IMG/VR virus record: IMGVR_UViG_3300020043_002259
Location: 1 to 31,739 of that record
DNA from: a virus
Lineage: Duplodnaviria > Caudoviricetes
Reading direction: 5' to 3' (one strand)
Length of the DNA: 31,739 nucleotides
Part shown: positions 1 through 6,292 of the stretch, one piece after another
How positions within the stretch are numbered: position 1 is the stretch's first letter
Layout of the letters: the number at the start of each line of letters is the position of its first letter
Notes under the pieces: model-generated
Seen by the model: only the letters and a program-made list of their open reading frames with translations
What the model was told of the DNA's origin: nothing
The model's database searches: none
Program-made: the position numbers and the translations under genes

Positions 1-225
1 GTTTCCATGCTTAATCAGGTTAGCGATCCTGGCAGTCTTGTCATCGCACCTGACCAACACTCCAACCTGGCCATGCCTGCTGATGTTCTGGCTGCCGTAA
101 TCCTGCTGCTTGCGGTCTAGCGTCTGGATGTTCTCTAGCCCGATCCTGAGAGCCTCAAGTCCGATCTCGGTCTCAATTCCAATAGCGTTGGCAATATCGG
201 TCAGCATTTGGTCAGTCAGTGTCAT
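1..225 (-). CDS. Nucleotide-modification-associated domain protein (DUF1599/Nmad1-like), truncated at window edge
   Basis: Not in the ORF track. Manual translation from ATG 225 (AAGGAG upstream): MTLTDQMLTDIANAIGIETEIGLEALRIGLENIQTLDRKQQDYGSQNISRHGQVGVLVRCDDKTARIANLIKHGN...; KxxDYG...GxxVRxxDKxxRxxNL is the family pattern. Confidence 0.75.
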   Translation of the reverse strand, partial: MTLTDQMLTDIANAIGIETEIGLEALRIGLENIQTLDRKQQDYGSQNISRHGQVGVLVRCDDKTARIANLIKHGN

Positions 226-385
226 GGTCTGTCTCCTTTTGATAGTCTAGCCAAGCTTCTAGTGCAGCGTACTTGGCATTCTCCTGAGCTGGTGTCAGCA
301 CTGGACATTTACAAAGAGCTACTGAGAGTTGCTGAGCAATAGCTTCAGCCTTCTCTAGTCGTTCTTCTAGCTTTGCCTTGGTCAT
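212..385 (-). CDS. Hypothetical protein
   Basis: ORF 212..424. Likely start is ATG 385 (MTKAKLEERL), 5 nt after a TAGAGT -10 box; the longer start runs into the promoter. Confidence 0.6.
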   Translation of the reverse strand: MTKAKLEERLEKAEAIAQQLSVALCKCPVLTPAQENAKYAALEAWLDYQKETDHDTD

Positions 386-390
386 ACTGC

Positions 391-417
391 ACTCTAGCGC
401 AGGCTGGGCAGCGTCAA
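391..417 (-). promoter_or_regulatory. Sigma70-like promoter TTGACG-N15-TAGAGT, probably leaderless
   Basis: Minus strand cTTGACGctgcccagcctgcgcTAGAGTgcagtATG; a near-identical copy sits at 29890-29916. Confidence 0.6.
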
Positions 418-422
418 GGCAC

Positions 423-450
423 AAAAAAGCCTAGCGGGTTAGGCTAGGCT
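423..450 (-). terminator. Intrinsic terminator
   Basis: Minus strand AGCCTAGC-ctaaccc-GCTAGGCT-TTTTT just after the stop of ORF 471..695. Confidence 0.8.
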
Positions 451-470
451 CAGTTGAGTGTGGATGTTAA

Positions 471-695
471 TTAAAAGTAAAATCCCCGTGTCATGATGCG
501 CTCGTCTCTAGCAAGAATTGCCCCTTCGTAGTCAAAGCCGCAGCGTTTCGATTCGTTATCTGCGGCAGTTGTGTTAACTTTGCGAACGGGAAGTGCTGGG
601 ACTTCGGCCATCCAGTCAATTAAGTTCGCAAGGCGTGTAGCCTCTTGGGTGTTTCCTGCCTCAAGTGCGATATGATATTGTTCCAAGTTCGTCAT
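471..695 (-). CDS. Hypothetical early protein
   Basis: 74-aa ORF with its own promoter (730-757), A/C-rich leader and downstream terminator. Confidence 0.7.
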   Translation of the reverse strand: MTNLEQYHIALEAGNTQEATRLANLIDWMAEVPALPVRKVNTTAADNESKRCGFDYEGAILARDERIMTRGFYF

Positions 696-715
696 AGTGT
701 TGTTTGGTTAGTGTT

Positions 716-757
716 TCTCTGACCCCACTAGTATAGTTAATTGCGGAAACATTGCAA
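716..757 (-). promoter_or_regulatory. Early-type promoter TTGCAA-N16-TATACT followed by GTCAGAGA
   Basis: -35 at 752-757, -10 at 730-735, AT-rich upstream tract; paralogous to 2193-2234. Confidence 0.7.
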
Positions 758-806
758 ACGGAAAGTGCAAAAAAACGAAAATAGTTGTAAAGCGTTGATT
801 TTAAAC

Positions 807-834
807 AAAAAACCCAGCGGTTTAGGCTGGGTTT
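807..834 (-). terminator. Intrinsic terminator
   Basis: Minus strand AAACCCAGC-ctaaacc-GCTGGGTTT-TTT; paralogue of 423-450 with compensatory stem changes. Confidence 0.8.
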
Positions 835-873
835 AGTTGAGTGTGGAGTGTTGGCAAGTTGTTTAACGGAAAC

Positions 874-1374
874 TCACTCCGCACACCCTTTCTTGGCGGC
901 GGGCTGGCGGGCAGCTTTGGCAACTGATTCAAGCGCGGCCTCAAGTCGTTGGCGGGCTTGGCGCTTGCCGGAGGCGGCATTTACGCCCTGCATTCCTTCC
1001 CAACGGGCAACTTCAGTTTCTGCCGCATCGTATTCGGGCGTGCGGTATTTCGGGCTTACCTCAAACCTTTGAGCCGCTGGATTCAAACGGTTGCCTGCCG
1101 TTTGAAGAATGTAAAAATCCTCAGGAAGATTGTAGGATTTTGCCACCTCTGCTGAATTGGTGCCGTATGCTGGCAGCGTCATTGGCGGCCTATCGTATCC
1201 AGCTGGCTTCTGGCTGGGAGCCTCGCTAGGCTCTGGCGCAGGGCTGGCCTGGCTTGTGGCTGCCTGGGCGGCGGTAGCTCGTTCGTCGCCTGTCCAACTG
1301 AGAAGGCCGTAGTGGTCTTCGCAGATGAGGAAGGATGAGGTATTCATGGATGGAAGGGTGTTGGTGGTGGTCAT
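874..1374 (-). CDS. Hypothetical early protein
   Basis: 166-aa ORF with an Ala/Pro/Ser-rich linker; alternative in-frame start at 1347. Confidence 0.65.
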   Translation of the reverse strand: MTTTNTLPSMNTSSFLICEDHYGLLSWTGDERATAAQAATSQASPAPEPSEAPSQKPAGYDRPPMTLPAYGTNSAEVAKSYNLPEDFYILQTAGNRLNPAAQRFEVSPKYRTPEYDAAETEVARWEGMQGVNAASGKRQARQRLEAALESVAKAARQPAAKKGCAE

Positions 1375-1396
1375 GGATGGAAGGGTGTTGGTGGTG
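1344..1396. repeat. 26-bp perfect direct repeat (27-bp period)
   Basis: tcatggatggaagggtgttggtggtg at 1344-1369 and 1371-1396. Confidence 0.95.
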
Positions 1397-1439
1397 TTTA
1401 GGTTGTGGTTGGTAAAGTTCCGATGGGAAGTTGGCAGAA

Positions 1440-1652
1440 TTAGAACCTGCCTTCAGCTACCTGCTCTGCTTGCATGAGGTCGTATTCGTCAACCTTGTGG
1501 CCGTCTTCGGTGATCTCATAGGTGATATAAGCTCCCTTGCCGAATCGGCGTTCGACTGCCAAGGAGTGTTTGTGCTTAGCCTTTGCAGCAGCCTCAAGGC
1601 TGCGATGCTTGCTGATTGCGCGTCCGTTGAATGTATCGTTAAGTGTGAACAT
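1440..1652 (-). CDS. Hypothetical early protein (70 aa)
   Basis: C-terminal part of ORF 1440..1898. ATG 1652 (MFTLNDTFNG) follows the leader ...aacaacactATG, the same ending as before ATG 695. Confidence 0.7.
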   Translation of the reverse strand: MFTLNDTFNGRAISKHRSLEAAAKAKHKHSLAVERRFGKGAYITYEITEDGHKVDEYDLMQAEQVAEGRF

Positions 1653-1674
1653 AGTGTTGTTATTTGTTGTTTTT

Positions 1675-1726
1675 AGGCTCGTCAGTGACGGCATTACCGC
1701 CAGACTCCCTTTCGGGAGTTTCGCCT
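1675..1726 (-). ncRNA. Hammerhead ribozyme, type II topology
   Basis: Minus strand AGGC GAAA CUCCC gaaa GGGAG UC^ UGGCGGU aau GCCGUCA CUGACGA GCCU. Core CUGAnGA and GAAA, GUC cleavage triplet and stems I, II, III are all present. Predicted cut between 1703 and 1702; intergenic. Confidence 0.93.
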
Positions 1727-1737
1727 TGGGAGAGGGG

Positions 1738-2160
1738 TTACTTCTCACAAAAGAGGATGGCCTCAAGGTCTTTGGTGTCGGATGCTGCCCACGCTCCGCT
1801 AATTGCGAGGTTTTCCTCGCCTGAGGAGATTGGGGAGCATGAGAAAACTCCAGTGCAGGCCCCGTCCTTGTGCCACATGACCCTGCGGCGGGCAGCAATG
1901 GGGAGTCTGATGATCCCTTGGATCGTGCGCCCTTGGCACTGTCCGCTTACACGGACAAGCTCGGAAGGGAGCTTCCTAAGGGCTTCTACAGCCCAAGTCT
2001 TGGAGAATGGTACTGTGACTCCGTGCCTCAGGCAGGTGATATTCCCAGACTCGGCCACGCATGGGCCAAGGATGGGGACATGGCGAAACCAGGAGCCTGG
2101 TTTCTTTCCTGCCCTCCAGCGTGATCCAGGGCAAGGCATTTGGGAGGTGAGAGTATTCAT
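1738..2160 (-). CDS. Hypothetical early protein
   Basis: ORF 1738..2208. Likely start is ATG 2160 (MNTLTSQ), after the promoter and a CA-rich leader. Confidence 0.6.
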   Translation of the reverse strand: MNTLTSQMPCPGSRWRAGKKPGSWFRHVPILGPCVAESGNITCLRHGVTVPFSKTWAVEALRKLPSELVRVSGQCQGRTIQGIIRLPIAARRRVMWHKDGACTGVFSCSPISSGEENLAISGAWAASDTKDLEAILFCEK

Positions 2161-2192
2161 GGCAGTGTGTGTGTTGTTGTTTGTTGTTGTTG

Positions 2193-2234
2193 TCTCTGAC
2201 GCGCTCATAGTAGTTGAGTGTGGAAATAGTGCAA
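2193..2234 (-). promoter_or_regulatory. Early-type promoter TTGCAC-N16-TACTAT followed by GTCAGAGA
   Basis: -35 at 2229-2234, -10 at 2207-2212; same spacing and GTCAGAGA motif as 716-757. Confidence 0.7.
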
Positions 2235-2246
2235 CAACTAAAACGA

Positions 2247-3542
2247 TTATTTTTTCTGCCTATTCCTAGACTGCTCATTCTCAACGCTTTCTGCCTGCAA
2301 AAACTTGTAGGATTTGCCAATAAACCTTAGCGGACAGTCCCAAAATCGTTCACCTGTGCGGTTTTTGAGGCATTTTGCCGTCCTGACAGAATCGTCACCC
2401 TCTGTCTTGTCGAGCTGGATGATATGGTCAGCATCTTGGCCAATTGCTCTAGACTCTCGCAACTGACCTGCATCGTTAAGTTGTGAAGCGGTTAGAATGC
2501 ATTTTCCACTCCTAACAGCGGTTCGCTTAATCATTCTGCTGATTCCAGCAACGATTTCTTCACGGCTTCCCTTTGTAGGCCCATCTGATTCCATTAGCTG
2601 GATGTAGTCAACCAAGGCAATGTCGCAGTCTGATTGCTCAACATCAGCGAGAATGTCCTTAGCTGATGCTCCATGCGTGTCAACGATGGTTGCCTTCATC
2701 TTCGCAAGCCTTGCGATGCTTAGGCCAAATGCATCGTAGTCACCTCGATTCATCAAGCCACGCATCACCACTTGATTGTCCAAGCCTGCGTCACTGCAAA
2801 GGATTCGATAGGCTTGCTCTAGCTGGGTCATTTCAAGCGGGTAAATCCTGACGCTTTTACCCTGTGCCATTGCAGCTTCGCAGAAGTTCTGGATCAGAGT
2901 TGATTTGCCATCACCTGGCTTTCCAGCCACTACCCAAACCCTGCCTGGCTGCATTCCACCAGTCTTAGCGTCAATCATGTCAAAACCTGTGCTGATGCCT
3001 GGAAGTTTGCCACCAGACTCAACTCGCTTCTGGATTTCATCAACCAAGTCAGCGCAAAGAGTTCCTAGCGTTTTGCTTTCAAGCGGCTTGCCAACTACCT
3101 TTCCTGCGCCTTCAATTGCTTTCTCTGCTTCAAGAATTAACTCTGCTGTTGAATCCACAGGAAGCGTAACAGCTTTGCTGTAAATCTCAGCGGCAATCTT
3201 GTAAGCCTCTGCCTTGCGCTCCATCTCGGAACGCATTCTGAGGCGGTTCAAAGCCTCTTTGAAGATGGCAGGACTGGCGAACAGGGTGAAGACCTCGGTA
3301 AGCCTGTAAGCCCCTCCAATGTCCTCAAGAATGCCATCTGCTCGGAGCTTAGCCGTGATGCTTATCAGGTCAGGAGGAACCTGAGCATCAATGCTGGAAG
3401 CGATCTCCCTGAAGATGGGCCGATTCATTGGGCTGAACATCTCAGCCGAAATGCCGTTAAGTTGTGAAGCATATCTGTCTGGATGCTGAGCTAGGATGCT
3501 CAGAACCAAATCTTCGTCTGTTTTTCGTAGGTCGTTAGTCAT
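2247..3542 (-). CDS. dnaB: Replicative DnaB-like helicase
   Basis: Walker A GKPGDGKS, LVDYIQLM, SQLN, LRESRAIGQDAD, KNRTG and a DnaB N-terminal domain. Start 3542 forms an ATGA overlap with the upstream gene. Confidence 0.93.
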   Translation of the reverse strand: MTNDLRKTDEDLVLSILAQHPDRYASQLNGISAEMFSPMNRPIFREIASSIDAQVPPDLISITAKLRADGILEDIGGAYRLTEVFTLFASPAIFKEALNRLRMRSEMERKAEAYKIAAEIYSKAVTLPVDSTAELILEAEKAIEGAGKVVGKPLESKTLGTLCADLVDEIQKRVESGGKLPGISTGFDMIDAKTGGMQPGRVWVVAGKPGDGKSTLIQNFCEAAMAQGKSVRIYPLEMTQLEQAYRILCSDAGLDNQVVMRGLMNRGDYDAFGLSIARLAKMKATIVDTHGASAKDILADVEQSDCDIALVDYIQLMESDGPTKGSREEIVAGISRMIKRTAVRSGKCILTASQLNDAGQLRESRAIGQDADHIIQLDKTEGDDSVRTAKCLKNRTGERFWDCPLRFIGKSYKFLQAESVENEQSRNRQKK

Positions 3543-4231
3543 AGTGTATTCCTCCAATCAATTTTCGGTTTGTCTAGTGCAGCCTGCTTCTGGCTAGGAA
3601 GCCAGCCTTGTCTTTGCCAAGAACGGAAGGCAGCTTTCCAGCATTTGATCTGTTGGTTGCCTCGTTTCCATCCTCCTGCTTCCCAGTGATCCCACATTAC
3701 TTGGCCATCAGATCGAGTTGCACCGACTTCTTTGGCGTAGTCTTCAACTTCTTCCATTGTAGGTTTTCTGAATCTTTTAACAGGAGCAGAAGAAAAAAAG
3801 TCATCTTCTTCATTACTCTCTGGATCTTGGTTGGTGGTTCTTGGATCATGGTTCTTGGTTAGGATCTGATCCGCATCTGATCCGCATCTGACATCGTTCT
3901 GATCCGCATCTGATTTCAGAAGCTTTTTAGACCACCTGGTTGCATTTGCTGACCTGGCACGGTCTGCCTTTGAGTGATACTTAGCAATCTCAGCTTCGCA
4001 TCTGTTGTGAGTCCAAGCTCCATCAGCCTTGTGAAAGTACGCTTGCAGGATCAATTCAATCGTGCCCTGATCGCTGCCCGACTTCATAGACAGAATAGCA
4101 AGATTATCTTGTAACGGCTTTTCCGTTTCATAGTAAATCCAAAGAAGTCTCAGGTATGTCATTGTTTGGCTATCGGTTAGCCTGGATGTTTCCCTGATGA
4201 AGTCTCCAATGTGATGTGGGTAGAAGTGCAT
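3539..4231 (-). CDS. YdaU/DUF1376-family replication initiator (lambda O-like role)
   Basis: N-terminus MHFYPHHIGDF...YLRLLWIYY...W.H.RC..EI; C-terminal F.KPT.EEV..Y...W..G...IK.WKAA domain; internal iterons; adjacent to dnaB. Confidence 0.85.
   Translation of the reverse strand: MHFYPHHIGDFIRETSRLTDSQTMTYLRLLWIYYETEKPLQDNLAILSMKSGSDQGTIELILQAYFHKADGAWTHNRCEAEIAKYHSKADRARSANATRWSKKLLKSDADQNDVRCGSDADQILTKNHDPRTTNQDPESNEEDDFFSSAPVKRFRKPTMEEVEDYAKEVGATRSDGQVMWDHWEAGGWKRGNQQIKCWKAAFRSWQRQGWLPSQKQAALDKPKIDWRNTL
3865..3919. repeat. Five 11-bp phased repeats (TCTGATCCGCA consensus), probable origin iterons
   Basis: Exact units at 3865, 3876 and 3898; TCTGA-initiated variants at 3887 and 3909; inside the initiator gene. 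Confidence 0.75.
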
Positions 4232-4238
4232 AAGCAAT

Positions 4239-4332
4239 AAAAAGCCCCCCTTGTGTCAGACCCCACAGGCTTAACCTGTGGCACAAGGGAGGCAAATTCG
4301 TTTAGAGGTTAGGATGCGGTCTGAAGACATCC
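4239..4332 (-). ncRNA. Structured leader/attenuator upstream of the replication operon
   Basis: 12-bp outer stem (one G-U) + 7-bp inner stem + U-tract; the bulge GGUCUGA (4256-4262) is complementary to upstream UCAGACC (4318-4324). Confidence 0.55.
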
Positions 4333-4338
4333 ACCCAC

Positions 4339-4366
4339 AATTTCAGCCATGAAGGCTGCGTGTCAA
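4339..4366 (-). promoter_or_regulatory. Promoter TTGACA-N16-GAAATT for replication genes
   Basis: Perfect -35 at 4361-4366; weak -10. Confidence 0.45.
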
Positions 4367-4367
4367 G

Positions 4368-4592
4368 TCACTGGGCTGGGTCAGGCTTTCTGAACTGGTC
4401 GTAAGCTTCCTTGAGCATATCAACGGCATCCTCCTTCTCAAGGCTAGTCTGAATTAACACTTTAGTCTTTCCAGAAAGCTTTGGAATGATGCAGACGACA
4501 ATTGCACCGCAGTTATTTTCGGCCATCTCGTCCATTACATCCAGGCCAAGTTCGCGCATATCAGCGCACAGTGCGTCAAATTCGGTTCTCAT
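4368..4592 (-). CDS. Hypothetical protein
   Basis: 74-aa ORF in the minus-strand run. Confidence 0.6.
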   Translation of the reverse strand: MRTEFDALCADMRELGLDVMDEMAENNCGAIVVCIIPKLSGKTKVLIQTSLEKEDAVDMLKEAYDQFRKPDPAQ

Positions 4593-4782
4593 GGTGTTTT
4601 TGGTGTCTTCGTTTTATCCTTTCTCTCTTTACCTCTGCGTACAGCGTAGAATCGAATTGGTCAACTGCCAAAAGAGCGTACTCAATCGAGTTTATGACCT
4701 TTTCGTTTGCCTCTAGGTTTTCCTGTAGCTTCATCCTGATCATGTGCAGGTGAGCTTTTACCGTCTCTTTGTTTACTCTCAC
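4576..4782 (-). CDS. Hypothetical protein
   Basis: 68-aa helical ORF, GTG start after a CA-rich leader; overlaps the resolvase 3' end. Confidence 0.5.
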   Translation of the reverse strand: MRVNKETVKAHLHMIRMKLQENLEANEKVINSIEYALLAVDQFDSTLYAEVKRERIKRRHQKHHENRI

Positions 4783-5131
4783 TGTTGTTGTGTGTGGAAA
4801 TTAATGGTTGATTGGTTTCCCGAATCAACTGGAAGAAGTCTTCTGCTCTCAGGATGCAAAGCCAGTCCTCACCGTTACGCTTGTGAGCGACAACAGGCAT
4901 CTTTGAATCGCCAGCATCTCTCCTGGCCTGCATCATCCAGTCGTATAGGTTTCCACGCTCAACACGCTTTACCTCCCAATGAATGCCTGGCAGTGATTCG
5001 CAGATTACATCTGGCGATTCTGCACCACCTGAGAACTGTTGTCCTCTGCGGGCATCAAAGCCTTCGTTTCGTAACTGGTCGCGCCATTCTCGCTCACCTC
5101 TTGCCCCTTTCTGTCTTGAGTTGATCGGCAT
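4682..5131 (-). CDS. Holliday junction resolvase, Hjc-like PD-(D/E)xK nuclease
   Basis: NSRQKGARGERE...RRGQQFSGG...SPD...EVKR...P.V.HK.N...W pattern of phage Hjc-type resolvases. Confidence 0.8.
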   Translation of the reverse strand: MPINSRQKGARGEREWRDQLRNEGFDARRGQQFSGGAESPDVICESLPGIHWEVKRVERGNLYDWMMQARRDAGDSKMPVVAHKRNGEDWLCILRAEDFFQLIRETNQPLISTHNNSESKQRDGKSSPAHDQDEATGKPRGKRKGHKLD

Positions 5132-5208
5132 CGGAAGATTCGGTCAAAGTTAGATTCGTACTTTTCGAGATTAACTGGCCTTGGTTTGTCACCCTTTCCT
5201 GCGCTCAT
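5005..5208 (-). CDS. Small phage protein (GKGDKPRP...NFDRIF type)
   Basis: N-terminal ~26 aa resemble a recurrent small phage peptide; ATGA overlap with the upstream gene; 3' part overlaps the resolvase. Confidence 0.5.
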   Translation of the reverse strand: MSAGKGDKPRPVNLEKYESNFDRIFRCRSTQDRKGQEVSENGATSYETKALMPAEDNSSQVVQNRQM

Positions 5209-5390
5209 AGGTCTTCGTCAAGGTCGTAAGGTTCAACATGATCTGGAACCATTTGGTCAATCTCGCCAAAGCTAAATCCCATGGCAAGCAATACTGCGCG
5301 GAAGGTTTCAACGATTACTTCCCTGTCAGCGGTAAAGACCTCAAAGGAGTAAAGACGGTCATCAGAACGATCAACTGTGATTTTTAGCAT
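5205..5390 (-). CDS. Hypothetical protein
   Basis: ORF 5205..5441; likely start ATG 5390 (MLKITVDR), just after the upstream stop. Confidence 0.55.
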   Translation of the reverse strand: MLKITVDRSDDRLYSFEVFTADREVIVETFRAVLLAMGFSFGEIDQMVPDHVEPYDLDEDL

Positions 5391-5395
5391 GGTAA

Positions 5396-5566
5396 TTAAG
5401 GTTTTAGGGCTTCGTAAATGTGCTTGCTGACTTTTTCCCATTTGCTCTTAGGCTCAGAGGTTTGACGCTGGTGAACCTTAAGCTGTTCTTTGAGGTTAAG
5501 GATTTCCTGTTTTAACTGACGATTCTCGGCTAACAAGTAAGCAGAGTTAAGGTCTTCGATTTGCAT
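5396..5566 (-). CDS. Hypothetical coiled-coil protein
   Basis: Start ATG 5566 (MQIEDL) after ...cacactATG; heptad pattern. Confidence 0.55.
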   Translation of the reverse strand: MQIEDLNSAYLLAENRQLKQEILNLKEQLKVHQRQTSEPKSKWEKVSKHIYEALKP

Positions 5567-5581
5567 AGTGTGGAAGTTAGA

Positions 5582-5680
5582 GAGACTGCTGGGCAAGGTT
5601 GCTTCTTGGCTAGGCGCGCGGCAACTGGTGACACTATTGGGGACAACAACGAACCCTTGCCAATACCACCCAGCAGTCTC
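5582..5680 (-). ncRNA. Candidate structured ncRNA (three-way junction)
   Basis: Perfect 12-bp terminal stem GAGACTGCTGGG/CCCAGCAGTCTC enclosing two further hairpins; fills the intergenic gap. Strand assumed from flanking genes. Confidence 0.6.
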
Positions 5681-5688
5681 AAAATGGT

Positions 5689-5937
5689 TTAGAACGGAAT
5701 CTCGTCTGAGTCGTCAAGATCAATGTTCTTGTTGACCTTGGTAACCTTCATTGGTTCACCTTCCTTCGGCTTGAAGCTAAGGCTCATAAACTTGGTTCCA
5801 GACTTGGACTCTTTGAGCCAGGCTGCAATCCAGTAATCCACTCCGTTGATCAGAACGCTTCCGTTGTAATCAGGATGCGTTTCTTTCTCCTTCTTGGTGT
5901 TCTTAAAAAGCGCACCGCTGTTATCTCGTTGTTCCAT
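5689..5937 (-). CDS. Small SSB-like protein (DUF736-like) with acidic DEIPF tail
   Basis: G.LFKN......PDY.G......AAW pattern; DDSDEIPF C-terminus; lies in the recombination module. Confidence 0.7.
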   Translation of the reverse strand: MEQRDNSGALFKNTKKEKETHPDYNGSVLINGVDYWIAAWLKESKSGTKFMSLSFKPKEGEPMKVTKVNKNIDLDDSDEIPF

Positions 5938-6292
5938 ATTTCTTGTTCTTTGGTTTTGGTTTTCTTCTTGCTATCTCGGCCTTCACCAAGGCAATTAGCC
6001 TAGACGGTTCCAGCCTAATCTTTCCTTCGCTCCACCGAGCGATGTAACCGCACAGATCGCGGCAAGTCTTTGTTTTGATCCACTCAGCACCGTGGATTAG
6101 GTCGAGCATATCGGAAATGATTGGTCGTCTCTGTTCAATGGGTTCCAGTGTATCAGGATCAATCAGGCCCAAGTCTGCTGCTTTAACAGCGTCAGCGCAG
6201 GCAGTTTTGATGATCTCGATGTAGACCCATGCCTCCTTATTAGCGGCAATGTCTTCGGGACTTCCCTCAGTGAACAGTGGCGAGTCAGTCAT
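5921..6292 (-). CDS. Hypothetical protein
   Basis: 123-aa ORF overlapping both neighbours. Confidence 0.65.
   Translation of the reverse strand: MTDSPLFTEGSPEDIAANKEAWVYIEIIKTACADAVKAADLGLIDPDTLEPIEQRRPIISDMLDLIHGAEWIKTKTCRDLCGYIARWSEGKIRLEPSRLIALVKAEIARRKPKPKNKKYGTTR

Noticed and set aside
1653-1898. N-terminal extension of ORF 1440..1898
   Set aside because: Runs through the hammerhead and overlaps ORF 1738-2160; ATG 1652 has the typical leader.
2164-2194. GTT/GT microsatellite-like tract as a phase-variation locus
   Set aside because: Better explained as the A/C-rich unstructured leader also seen before other genes.
423-2224. Repeats considered as a CRISPR mini-array
   Set aside because: Spacing is hundreds of bp with genes in between; no regular spacers and no cas genes.
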